A stretch of DNA of 64,000 nt. Origin: Verrucomicrobiota bacterium (lineage in GTDB: Bacteria > Verrucomicrobiota > Verrucomicrobiia > Limisphaerales > UBA11358). The position numbers and the translations under genes were made by a program. A model generated the notes under the pieces. It saw only the letters and a program-made list of their open reading frames with translations. It was not told the DNA's origin and ran no database searches. The stretch is from NCBI GenBank assembly GCA_028873125.1, contig JAGWMQ010000003.1, forward strand, positions 15,295-79,294, read 5' to 3'. Below, piece by piece: positions 17,599-29,923 of the stretch; position 1 is the first letter of the stretch, and each line of letters opens with the position of its first letter.

Positions 17599-18399
17599 AT
17601 GAAGGCTTTTTCAATCAAACAGGCGCTGGCCGCCGCCATTCGAGCCGCGCGCGCCGCCGGAAAAGTCATGCGCGACAACTGGCGGTTGCCCAAGCGCGTC
17701 AAGCTCACCGACGCCCACGACATCAAACTCGAACTGGACGTGCGCTGTCAGAAGCTCATCGAGAGCGTTCTGCGCGCCGCGTTTCCGCAAATCCCCCTGC
17801 TCGGCGAGGAGGGCGATTCGGGCAACGTGGATGCCGAACGCCGCTGGGTGGTGGACCCGATTGACGGCACGGTGAATTATTTCTTCGGACTGCCGCACGC
17901 CGCGGTTTCGATTGCATTGCAAGCCCGCCGTCCGCCGTCCGCCGCCCGCCGTCACGAAACGTTGCTCGGTGTGATTTACGACCCGTTCACCGACGAGCTT
18001 TGGACGGCGACGCGCGGCGGCAAAACGAAGCTCGATGGCCGCGTCGTCCGGGTCAGCACTCATTCGCGCCTGAGCGAGGCTGTGATTGCGATGGGATTTT
18101 CCAAGAGCAAGGAAAATTTGGAGAAAAGCCTGCCGCATTTGAACCGGCTGGCGCGGCGCGCCAAAAAAATCCGCATCCTGGGTTCGGCGGCGCTGGAACT
18201 GGCCTACGTGGCCTCCGGCCGGCTCGACGCTTACATCGAACGCACCATCAATCTCTGGGACGTGGCGGCAGGCGGGCTGATGGTGGAGTGTTCGGGCGGG
18301 GAATTTTATCTGAAACCGCTGCCGGACGGACGCTTTCGCATGTGCGCCGACAACGGAAAACTGCGACGTAAACTGCAACTGGGAAGTTTGTTGAGATGA
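17599..18399 (+). CDS. Inositol monophosphatase family protein (SuhB-like)
   Basis: LLGEEG, WVVDPIDGTVNY, WDVAAGGLMV. A TTG at 17584 overlaps the valS stop and is an alternative start. Confidence 0.85.
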   Translation: MKAFSIKQALAAAIRAARAAGKVMRDNWRLPKRVKLTDAHDIKLELDVRCQKLIESVLRAAFPQIPLLGEEGDSGNVDAERRWVVDPIDGTVNYFFGLPHAAVSIALQARRPPSAARRHETLLGVIYDPFTDELWTATRGGKTKLDGRVVRVSTHSRLSEAVIAMGFSKSKENLEKSLPHLNRLARRAKKIRILGSAALELAYVASGRLDAYIERTINLWDVAAGGLMVECSGGEFYLKPLPDGRFRMCADNGKLRRKLQLGSLLR

Positions 18400-18424
18400 A
18401 AGGCAGCGACGCCGCGCCGCGGCG

Positions 18425-19144
18425 TCAGGCCGGCGCAGCGCGCCGCCCCTGGCATTCGTGGCCTTCAAGAAACTTTTTCACCTTTTCCAGCGCCCGCGCG
18501 CGGTGGCTGATCCGGTTCTTGACCTCCTCGCCCAACTCGGCAAACGTCTGTTCAAAACCGGCCGGCACAAACAGCGGATCGTAGCCGAACCCCTGGCTCC
18601 CGCGCGGCGCGAACAGGATCCGGCCTTCGCAAACGCCGTCGAAAATCTGCGGTTCAAATTCATCGTCATAACAAACCGGCGAGGCGGCCTCCACTTTTCC
18701 GAACGACACCGGCACCAGCGCCGTGACGCAATGGAACCGCGCGGTGCGTTTTTTGGTCGGTACGTCCTTGAGCAGGCGCAACAACTCGGCGTTGTTCTCC
18801 GCATCGGGCGAATTGCCGGGACGGCCCGAGTCCAGGGCGGCAAAGCGCGCGGAATGGACGCCGGGCGCGCCTTGGATCGCGTCCACTTCCAATCCTGAAT
18901 CGTCGGCCAGAACGAATGTGCGGTGGACGACGGGTGGCGGGTGGCGCGAGGCCGAAAGCCAATGCGCCAGCCCGACAGCTTTCTTCGTCGCGTTGCCGGC
19001 AAAAGTCGAAGCGTCCTCCACAACCTTCGGCGCCTCGGGGAAATGGTCAAGCGTGAGCAGCTCAAATTGCCCGCCCAGCATGGCATGGATTTCACCCGCT
19101 TTGTGGGTGTTCCGCGAGGCAATGAACAGCACGATGTCAGACAC
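18425..19144 (-). CDS. rdgB: dITP/XTP pyrophosphatase (RdgB/HAM1)
   Basis: ASRNTHKAGE, LADDSGLEVDAIQGAPGVHSARFA, GFGYDPLF, ISHRARAL. Confidence 0.9.
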   Translation of the reverse strand: MSDIVLFIASRNTHKAGEIHAMLGGQFELLTLDHFPEAPKVVEDASTFAGNATKKAVGLAHWLSASRHPPPVVHRTFVLADDSGLEVDAIQGAPGVHSARFAALDSGRPGNSPDAENNAELLRLLKDVPTKKRTARFHCVTALVPVSFGKVEAASPVCYDDEFEPQIFDGVCEGRILFAPRGSQGFGYDPLFVPAGFEQTFAELGEEVKNRISHRARALEKVKKFLEGHECQGRRAAPA

Positions 19145-19255
19145 GGGCGGGAAAGCTTGCGAATCATGGGCCGGCAGGCAACACTATTCGGATAAATTGT
19201 ATCTGCCGGCGCGGCGGCGGCGCGCAGATTCTGAACACGCCAAGCAAATGAATTT

Positions 19256-22042
<2,787 letters not shown>

Positions 22043-22129
22043 CTGGGGAAACATCAACCGGGAGGCGTGAAAAATCAGCGTGCCCGGCGCCAACATCCTG
22101 TGCGGTCTCACCCGTTGCTCATCCCCAAC

Positions 22130-22159
22130 AAAAAGCCGTTCCGCATCGCACGGAACGGC
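22130..22159 (-). terminator. Rho-independent terminator downstream of erpA
   Basis: On the minus strand: gccgttccg-tgcgatg-cggaacggc followed by ttttt, 29 nt after the erpA stop. Confidence 0.65.
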
Positions 22160-22187
22160 ATTATCAGGCTTGCGCAAAAAAGCTCGC

Positions 22188-22535
22188 TCAAGCCTCAAAG
22201 GATTTTCCACAGCCGCAGCTTTGTCGGGCGTTCGGATTGGAGATTTTGAAGCCGCCGCCGCTCAAGACGTCGCTGAAATCCACCACCGCGCCGCGCAGAT
22301 ACTGCGCGCTGAAGGCGTCCACCAACACGGTCACACCGCGCTCTTCGGACACCAAGTCCGCCTCGCGCTTTTCGTCAAAGACCATGCCGTATTGCATCCC
22401 CGAACACCCGCCCTGCTCCACATAAAGCCGCAACGTCTTGCCGGCATTTTCATTTCTGGCAAGCAGCGATCTGATTTCCGCCGCCGCGCTTTCGGTGAGG
22501 GTGGCCACGGGATTGGCTCTGACAACTTCGCTCAT
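22188..22535 (-). CDS. erpA: Iron-sulfur cluster insertion protein (HesB/IscA/ErpA family)
   Basis: LRLYVEQGGCSGMQYGM and the C-terminal CGCGKSF. Confidence 0.9.
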   Translation of the reverse strand: MSEVVRANPVATLTESAAAEIRSLLARNENAGKTLRLYVEQGGCSGMQYGMVFDEKREADLVSEERGVTVLVDAFSAQYLRGAVVDFSDVLSGGGFKISNPNARQSCGCGKSFEA

Positions 22536-22640
22536 GTTTCCTATCAAACATTAAACTTGCCCGGAGTGCATGTCAAATAACTGGGAAAATTTAAACACGC
22601 GGAGCGTCGCAACGTCAAGCCCCCCCGCCGCCGCCCCCTT

Positions 22641-25298
22641 TCAGCGATTGGCCGCTTCCACGGCCTCCGGATGTTCGGCGCGGATTTTCTGGATGCGATT
22701 TTCCAGGGCGGCGCGCAACGGCGGCCATTGGTTGATCATGTCCTCGTAGATGCGGATGGCCTGCGGCCATTGCTGGAGCGCCTCGTCCAGTCGTTCCGTT
22801 TCCAGGCCCGCCTTTTTCTGCCAGAACGGATCGGGAGATTCGCCGGGCCGGAGTTTGTTTCCCTTGAAGACGTCGTAGTCGCCATCCCGAGCGAGCGTGA
22901 GCGGGGCGGTCTGGTTGGTCACCGGGGCCAGCGCGGCGGTTTTTTCGAGCACGGCGCCGATGCCGAGCTGCGCCTCGCTGCGGGCGGCGACGCTGGCGTT
23001 CGTCGAGGTCAGGACCTGGGCGTAGGCGTTCGACGCCGCGGCAAAGGCGTTGGTGTCCTGCGCCGCCAGCTGCAAATAACAATTCCCGATCCGCCCCCAG
23101 GCCAGCGCGGCCTGCGGCGAGGATGGAAAGGCCTGGATGATCTTGTTGAAGACGTCAATGGCCTGCTCATAATTGGCCAGCGGCTTGTTGGTGTCCGTCG
23201 AGGGCATTTGCGTCCAGGCGTCGCCGTAGGCGAAGAGGGCCTGCGCAAACAAGTCCGGCGGGCAGTTGGTGTCGCCGGCCAGCTTCGTGAAATAGCCGAT
23301 GGCGTCCGAATAGCCCTGCCGCGCCATGGCCGCCCGCCCGGCCATCATCCGCGCCGGGTACGCCAGTTGGCTCCCCGGCCAGTTTTGGAAGACGTATTCG
23401 TAATTTTTTTCCGCGTCCAGGTAATTTCCCGCCCGGAAGAAATAGTCGCCGATCCACCATTGGGCGACGGGCGCCAGGAGGTTGGCGGGAAAGAGCGCGA
23501 CAAAATTGGTGAACAGCCCGAAGGCGTTCGTCACCTCGCCGGCCTGAAACGTCGCCAGCGCCCGGCGATATTCGACCTGCGGCAGCAGCAGCCGGTTGGT
23601 CGCGTAGAGCCGCACCCAGTCGCCATACACGGCGGCGGCGCGGCGCCAGTCGTTTTCGCGCTCATAGGTCCGCGCGATGGCCAGGGCCACCTGCGGGCGC
23701 AGCGGCGACCCGGGAAATTCCTTTTCGAATTGTTCAAAGACCGAACGCGCCGCCGCCACCTGCGAATGGTTCGTCGCCGCTTCCGCCAGGCTTTGACCGT
23801 AAAGCAGCGCGCCGCTGGCCGCCAGTTCATTGGCCGGATAGTGCTTCAGAATTTGCGCCAACGCGTTGCTCGCGCCCGCCTCGTCTTTCAACTCCAGGCT
23901 TGCGCGCAGGCTTTGATAGAGGGCGCGGTCGCCGAGTGTCTCGGCCACGGCGGGAAACCCGGCAAAATCCTTCAACACGGCGCGGTAATTCTCCCGCGCG
24001 ACCGCATAAGCCTTTTCCAGATACGCCGCGTCGCCCAGCTTGAATCGCGCCACGGCCAAATCCACCGACGGCGGCAGCGCTGCGGCCGCCGCCTTGAAGT
24101 CCGCGAGACTTTCGGGATATTTTTGCTGTTTCCAGAAGGTCCAGCCGCGATCCAGATGCGCCTTGCCCAGCAGCGGGCTGTTGGTGAAGCTGCCGATGAA
24201 CTGGTCAAACCGCGCCTGCGCCCGGGCTAGTTCCTCCGTGTCCGGCGGCTCGCGTGCGACGGCCTGTTTCAAATGCAGTTCCCCCAATGTCAACAGCGCC
24301 ACGTCCGCGGCGGGGGCATTGGAAAACTGCTGCAAAAATTCCGCCAGCGATTGCTGGGCGTTGGTGAATTGGTCCTGGGCGGCGGCCAGGTCGGCAATTT
24401 TCAGGACCGCCTCGCGCTGCCATGGGGCCGGCGCGTTGCTGGACAGATTTTCCTGATAAGCGGAAATGGCGTCATTCGTCCGGCCCAATTGGGTCAGCGC
24501 TTCGGCCTGCAACACCACGCTTTGCGCGCGCCAGTCGGCGCGATGCTCCGACTGGGCGAGCCGGAGGAGGTTGGTCGTGGAGGCCAGCAGGGCGTCGGTC
24601 TCACCCTCGGCGAGTTGAACGCGGCAGAGCAGGTACATCCGCTGCCACTCCAGCGCCAGCCGGAGGGGCTGGGCAGCCAGGGATTGCAGGACCGCGCTCG
24701 CCGCGTCCGCGTGATGTTGCGCCAGGAGCGCCTCGGCCAGGAGCAACTGGCCGCGCACGACGCGTTCGTCCGCCGGGGTCGCCTTGGCCGCTTGTTGAAA
24801 GGGGCCTTTGGGCTGCCGCAACAGGGCGCTGACCTGCGGCCAGGCGCCCAGCTTGGTGCGCGAGGCCGCCTCGTCCACCACCGCGTCCAACTGCCATTGC
24901 GAGTTGGGATACTGGCGCACGAGGCGTGAAAAGGTTCCCGCCGCGCCCTGATAATCTCCATTCTCAAATTGCGCCTGGCCCAGCCAGTAAGCGTATTGAT
25001 CGGCCAGGCTGCCGGCCTGGGATTCGTGCGACGACAGCAATGCGCCGGCGGCGGCGAATTTTCCCTGTTTGAATTCCGCCTCCGCCTCCATCAACATCGC
25101 CTCCGCCGCGTATCCGGATTTGGGGTATTTCTGGAGGAACTGCGCCAGTTCCGTCTCGGCCCGGGACCACATCTCGTCTTGAAACGCGCTGACCGCCGCC
25201 GTGAAGTCGCGATTCTCGCGCGGACCGGCGGCCCACACGGGAATGCCGCCCGTCATCAGGACCACAACCGCAAAGAACCATTGCCGCACAGAAGGCAT
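22641..25298 (-). CDS. Large secreted tetratricopeptide-repeat protein
   Basis: Signal peptide MPSVRQWFFAVVVLMTGGIPVWA. Many TPR / YbgF-like helical repeats (AEAxxxxGxYxxA patterns) along the whole length. Confidence 0.75.
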   Translation of the reverse strand: MPSVRQWFFAVVVLMTGGIPVWAAGPRENRDFTAAVSAFQDEMWSRAETELAQFLQKYPKSGYAAEAMLMEAEAEFKQGKFAAAGALLSSHESQAGSLADQYAYWLGQAQFENGDYQGAAGTFSRLVRQYPNSQWQLDAVVDEAASRTKLGAWPQVSALLRQPKGPFQQAAKATPADERVVRGQLLLAEALLAQHHADAASAVLQSLAAQPLRLALEWQRMYLLCRVQLAEGETDALLASTTNLLRLAQSEHRADWRAQSVVLQAEALTQLGRTNDAISAYQENLSSNAPAPWQREAVLKIADLAAAQDQFTNAQQSLAEFLQQFSNAPAADVALLTLGELHLKQAVAREPPDTEELARAQARFDQFIGSFTNSPLLGKAHLDRGWTFWKQQKYPESLADFKAAAAALPPSVDLAVARFKLGDAAYLEKAYAVARENYRAVLKDFAGFPAVAETLGDRALYQSLRASLELKDEAGASNALAQILKHYPANELAASGALLYGQSLAEAATNHSQVAAARSVFEQFEKEFPGSPLRPQVALAIARTYERENDWRRAAAVYGDWVRLYATNRLLLPQVEYRRALATFQAGEVTNAFGLFTNFVALFPANLLAPVAQWWIGDYFFRAGNYLDAEKNYEYVFQNWPGSQLAYPARMMAGRAAMARQGYSDAIGYFTKLAGDTNCPPDLFAQALFAYGDAWTQMPSTDTNKPLANYEQAIDVFNKIIQAFPSSPQAALAWGRIGNCYLQLAAQDTNAFAAASNAYAQVLTSTNASVAARSEAQLGIGAVLEKTAALAPVTNQTAPLTLARDGDYDVFKGNKLRPGESPDPFWQKKAGLETERLDEALQQWPQAIRIYEDMINQWPPLRAALENRIQKIRAEHPEAVEAANR

Positions 25299-25564
25299 GT
25301 CTGAATCTAAACGACGAGGGGAGAGGGCAAAAGACGGAAATGCGCCGTGGCCTTGGATCGCCACCGCGGATTGGAGCTTGTCAAAAGCGCGGCGGTAGCG
25401 GACGTTGAGCGCGCAGCAGGATCAACCGTCGGGCGCAGAGCGTGGAGTGGACGGCAACACCGCCGCCAAAACCAGGTTGAGCAAGGCCGCCGGGGGGGCT
25501 CTGTCTCAAACGTCGCCGCCATCCGCATTGCGGCCTCCCCATCTCGACGGGCGGCTCCAGGAAC

Positions 25565-26587
25565 ATGAAAGCACTGGTCAAAAACAAATCCGAACGCGGC
25601 CTTTGGCTGCAGGAGATGCCCAAGCCGGCCATCGGCATCAACGACGTGCTGATCCGGGTGGACCGCACCGGCATCTGCGGCACGGACCTGCACATCTACA
25701 AATGGGACGAATGGGCCAGGAAAACCATCCCGGTGCCGATGATTGTCGGCCACGAATTCGTCGGCGAGATTGTCGAGGTCGGCTCGAACGTGAAGGACTT
25801 CTTTCCGGGGCAGACCGTCAGCGGGGAAGGCCACGTGGTTTGCGGCCATTGCCGGAACTGCCTCGCCGGCCGGCGACACCTGTGCGCCGACACCAAGGGC
25901 ATCGGCGTCAACCGCCCCGGCGCGTTCGCCGAATACCTGGCGCTGCCCATGACCAACGTCTGGGTCCACAACGACATTCCCCTGGACGTCGCCGCCATTT
26001 TTGATCCGTTTGGCAACGCCGTCCACACCGCGCTGTCCTTTGACGTGCTGGGCGAGGACGTGCTCATCACCGGCGCCGGGCCGATCGGGATCATGGCCGC
26101 GGCCATCGTGCGCCACGCCGGCGCGCGTTACGTGGTCATCACCGATGTGAACGAATTTCGGTTGGGACTGGCGCGGAAAATGGGGGTGACGCGGGCCGTC
26201 AACCCGGCCATGGAAGACTTGCGCGACGTGCAAAAGCAACTTGGCATGAAGGAAGGCTTCGATGTGGGTCTGGAAATGTCGGGCAAACCGTCGGCCTTCC
26301 GGGCGATGCTGGACAACATGTGTCATGGCGGCAAAATCGCGATGCTGGGCATCCCCTCCGAGCCAATCGGGATTGACTGGAACAAGGTGGTTTTCAACAT
26401 GCTCACCATCAAAGGCATTTACGGCCGGGAAATGTATGAGACTTGGTACAAGATGACGGTGATGCTGCAAAGCGGACTGGACATCAGCCCGGTCATCACG
26501 CACCGCCTGCCTTATACCGAGTTTGAAAAAGGGTTCGCCGCCATGGAAAGCGGGCAATCCGGGAAGGTGATCCTGAATTGGAGATGA
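25565..26587 (+). CDS. tdh: L-threonine 3-dehydrogenase
   Basis: [51 protein letters not shown]. Confidence 0.95.
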   Translation: MKALVKNKSERGLWLQEMPKPAIGINDVLIRVDRTGICGTDLHIYKWDEWARKTIPVPMIVGHEFVGEIVEVGSNVKDFFPGQTVSGEGHVVCGHCRNCLAGRRHLCADTKGIGVNRPGAFAEYLALPMTNVWVHNDIPLDVAAIFDPFGNAVHTALSFDVLGEDVLITGAGPIGIMAAAIVRHAGARYVVITDVNEFRLGLARKMGVTRAVNPAMEDLRDVQKQLGMKEGFDVGLEMSGKPSAFRAMLDNMCHGGKIAMLGIPSEPIGIDWNKVVFNMLTIKGIYGREMYETWYKMTVMLQSGLDISPVITHRLPYTEFEKGFAAMESGQSGKVILNWR

Positions 26588-26597
26588 CACCCCGGCC

Positions 26598-27782
26598 ATG
26601 AACGACGAATTCCAAAAATGCATTTCCCGGCAACTCGATGAAATCCGCGCCGCGGGCACCTACAAAAACGAGCGCGTCATCCTCACGCCGCAGGGCGCGA
26701 CCGTGCGCGTGGCCGACGGCCAGCCGGTGCTGAATCTCTGCGCGAACAATTACCTTGGCCTGGCGCAGCACCCGGCGATTGCGGCGGCGGCGAAAGAGGC
26801 GATTGACCAATGGGGATACGGCATGGCCAGCGTGCGCTTCATCTGCGGCACGCAAGGCGTCCACAAACAGCTCGAGGCGAAGTTGAGCGAATTCCTCGGC
26901 ACGGAGGACACGATTCTGTATTCGTCCTGCTTCGACGCCAACGGCGGTTTGTTCGAGACGCTGCTCGGCCCGGAGGACGCAATCATTTCCGACGAGTTGA
27001 ACCACGCCAGCATCATTAATGGCATCCGGCTCTGCAAGGCGCAGCGGTTCCGCTATTTGAACAACGACATGGCCGGCCTGGAAGCGCGGATGAAGGAAGC
27101 CGGCGGGTGTCGTTTCAAGATGATCGCCACCGACGGGGTCTTTTCGATGGACGGTCATCTCGCCAACCTGCCGGCGATTTGCGACCTCGCGGAAAAATCG
27201 GGCGCGCTGGTGATGGTGGACGATTCCCACGCGGTGGGCTTCATGGGCCGGCACGGACGCGGCACGCACGAATTTCACAACGTCATGGGCCGCGTGGACC
27301 TTCTCACCGGCACGCTCGGCAAGGCCCTGGGCGGCGCCAGCGGCGGTTACGCCAGCGGCCGCCGGGAAATCGTCGAACTGCTGCGCCAGCGGTCGCGCCC
27401 GTATCTGTTCTCCAACACGCTGGCGCCCGCCATCGCCGGGGCGACGCTCAAGGTTTTGGACCTGCTGACCGAATCCACCGCGTTGCGCGACAAACTGGAA
27501 GCCAACACGAAATTTTTCCGCGAAGGAATGGCGAAGCTGGGCTTCCACCTCCTGCCCGGAACGCACCCGATTTGCCCGGTGATGCTGGGCGACGCGGCGT
27601 TGGCGGCGAAATTCGCCGACGCGATGCTGGCGAGGGGCGTTTATGTCGTTGGCTTCTCGTACCCGGTGGTGCCCAAGGACAAGGCGCGCATTCGCACCCA
27701 GATTTCCGCCGCACACTCGCGCGCGGAGTTGGAACTGGCCATCGGCACTTTCGCCCAGACCAAGCGGGAACTGGGTCTCTGA
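26598..27782 (+). CDS. kbl: Glycine C-acetyltransferase (2-amino-3-ketobutyrate CoA ligase)
   Basis: [37 protein letters not shown]; adjacent to tdh. Confidence 0.95.
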   Translation: MNDEFQKCISRQLDEIRAAGTYKNERVILTPQGATVRVADGQPVLNLCANNYLGLAQHPAIAAAAKEAIDQWGYGMASVRFICGTQGVHKQLEAKLSEFLGTEDTILYSSCFDANGGLFETLLGPEDAIISDELNHASIINGIRLCKAQRFRYLNNDMAGLEARMKEAGGCRFKMIATDGVFSMDGHLANLPAICDLAEKSGALVMVDDSHAVGFMGRHGRGTHEFHNVMGRVDLLTGTLGKALGGASGGYASGRREIVELLRQRSRPYLFSNTLAPAIAGATLKVLDLLTESTALRDKLEANTKFFREGMAKLGFHLLPGTHPICPVMLGDAALAAKFADAMLARGVYVVGFSYPVVPKDKARIRTQISAAHSRAELELAIGTFAQTKRELGL

Positions 27783-27836
27783 CCCGGCCATTCCGGACGC
27801 TTTGATTTTCGGACTGCAGCCGCTCGATTCGCGCGC

Positions 27837-28799
27837 ATGAAACGATCACACCTGGTTCTGCTGGTCCTGATGAACTGCCTTTGGGCGGCGTCCTATTCGG
27901 CGTTCAAAGCGTTGGCGCCCGCGCTCGATGCGGGGGGTGTCGCCACGTTGCGCTACGCCTTGGCGGGGATGGTGTTGGTGTTGTGCTGGCGCTGGTTGCC
28001 GGGCCCGGCGCCGCGCGGCCGTGACCTGGCTCGCGCGGCGGTGATGGGTGTCCTGGTTTTTGCTTTTTCTCCGCGTTTGCAAGTGGCGGGGGTGCAAATG
28101 GGCCGGGCGGCGGACGCCTCGGTGTTGGTGGCGCTTGAACCGCTGGTGGTCTCGGTGGGCGCGGCCATCTTTTTGCGCGAACACATCGGGTTGCGGCGGT
28201 GGATCGGGTTCATCCTCGGCCTGGTGGGGGTCGGGGCGCTGGCAGACGTGGGCCGCCCCGATTTCCGCTGGCCAGCCCTGATTTCAAACCTGCTGATCCT
28301 GCTGTCCTTCTTCTGCGAAGCCGCCTACTCCATCATGGGCAAGCCGCTGCTCAACCGCGCCGGCTTGTTCAAGGTCCTGGCGGTGGCGATCATCGCCGGC
28401 ACCGTTGCGAATCTGCTGATGGGGGGACCGTCCATCCTGCGGGCGGCGGCGGCTTTGCCCGTCCGGGCCTGGCTGATTCTGGCTTATCTCGCCCTGATCT
28501 GCACGCTGGCGGGTTATTCACTCTGGTTCGTGGTCATCCGCGAGACGCAGGTCAACAACGCCGCGCTCACGGTGTTCATCCAACCGGTCGCGGGCACGGT
28601 GATTGCCATGGCCTGGCTGGGTGAGGCGCTGCATTGGGGACAGCTCTGGGGAAGCCTCGTCATCATGGCGGGACTGGCGGTGGGATTGTCCCGAGAGATT
28701 TATTCTTCCGGCGCAACGGGTGCGCGGCGGGCGCATCGTCTCAAGAGAAACCGGGATTATGAGGGCATGCTGAAAGGACGGCCGGGAGAGGACATCTGA
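27837..28799 (+). CDS. EamA/DMT-family transporter
   Basis: About ten TM segments in two EamA halves: LLVLMNCLWAASYSAFK ... GYSLWFVVIRE. Confidence 0.8.
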   Translation: MKRSHLVLLVLMNCLWAASYSAFKALAPALDAGGVATLRYALAGMVLVLCWRWLPGPAPRGRDLARAAVMGVLVFAFSPRLQVAGVQMGRAADASVLVALEPLVVSVGAAIFLREHIGLRRWIGFILGLVGVGALADVGRPDFRWPALISNLLILLSFFCEAAYSIMGKPLLNRAGLFKVLAVAIIAGTVANLLMGGPSILRAAAALPVRAWLILAYLALICTLAGYSLWFVVIRETQVNNAALTVFIQPVAGTVIAMAWLGEALHWGQLWGSLVIMAGLAVGLSREIYSSGATGARRAHRLKRNRDYEGMLKGRPGEDI

Positions 28800-29028
28800 A
28801 ACGGTTGAAGTCTTGTGCTGCCGCCCGTGGGATTGTCGCCGGTGGTGATTCTGCTCTTGTGTTTCGAGGGCTGTCGGGTGCGCCGCCGGTTCGACCAGGC
28901 TCGTAACGGCGGGCGCCGCGATGCCCCGGCAAAGTCCACAAGCTGCGTCGTTGCTTGCGGCGCCAATCTGCCGGCACAGATTGTAAATTCAAAAATCATC
29001 CTTGTTACGAACCCAGCCGGTCGCTTGA

Positions 29029-29838
29029 ATGGCCGGCATGTTCTGGTCCAAGACAATATTTGGCCGCGGCATCCCGGTCATTTTCTTCGCCCTGGTGTTC
29101 GTGTGCGGACTACCGGCCGCGCCGCCGCCGGGTTACAGACTGGTTTGGGCGGATGAGTTCAACGGCACGGCGCTCGATACCAACCGGTGGAATGACTACA
29201 ACCCCGGCAGACGGCGCGACGCCATCAACGTGCCCGAGGCCGTTTCGATCCGTAACGGCTGCCTGACCATCCGGACTTTCACCCGCCACGGACGCCAATA
29301 CACCGGCATGATCAGCACACGCGACAAGTTCGAGCCGACGCGCGGCTATTGGGAGGCGCGGATCCGGTTTGAAGATTCGCCGGGGATGTGGTCGGCGTTC
29401 TGGCTGGAATCCTCGACCATCGGCCGGCCGATCGGTGATCCGGCGAAGGCAGGGACGGAGATTGACATCTGCGAGCACCGCGCCGTCGGCGGAAAGGGGA
29501 AAAACCTCGCCGGCAGGGTGCATCAAACACTGCACTGGGACGGCTATGGCAAATTCCACAAAAGCGCCGGGGTGTTGACCCCCGATTTGAAACTCGGCTC
29601 GGGATTTCATCTCTATGGCCTGGAATGGACGGATTCCGCCTACCGTTTTTACGTGGACGGTCGGCTCACGTGGACGGCGACCAACGCCATTTCCAATACC
29701 CACGAGTTCGTCATCTTGAGTTCTGAAATCCAAGCCGGCGGCTGGGCCGGAAAAATTCCCGCCGGCGGTTACGCCGATTGGAGAGACAGCAAAACCAAAA
29801 TGGTGGTGGATTACGTGCGGTATTATTCCCGCGAATAA
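29029..29838 (+). CDS. Secreted glycoside hydrolase family 16 (beta-glucanase-like)
   Basis: Signal peptide; WADEFNG; catalytic GTEIDICE (ExDxxE); SAFWL. Confidence 0.85.
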   Translation: MAGMFWSKTIFGRGIPVIFFALVFVCGLPAAPPPGYRLVWADEFNGTALDTNRWNDYNPGRRRDAINVPEAVSIRNGCLTIRTFTRHGRQYTGMISTRDKFEPTRGYWEARIRFEDSPGMWSAFWLESSTIGRPIGDPAKAGTEIDICEHRAVGGKGKNLAGRVHQTLHWDGYGKFHKSAGVLTPDLKLGSGFHLYGLEWTDSAYRFYVDGRLTWTATNAISNTHEFVILSSEIQAGGWAGKIPAGGYADWRDSKTKMVVDYVRYYSRE

Positions 29839-29923
29839 CGCGCCCCCCGATTTCGACTTTCGGAGGGGAGGCCGCCGACACCCCGGCATGTTGCGTTCAA
29901 AGGCCGGCGCAATGGCCGGACCA

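Noticed and set aside
18408-18426. The GC-rich palindrome gacgccgcgccgcggcgtc between suhB-like and rdgB, considered as a bidirectional terminator.
   Set aside because: It has essentially no loop and no flanking T/A runs, and it overlaps the rdgB stop codon. The evidence is insufficient.
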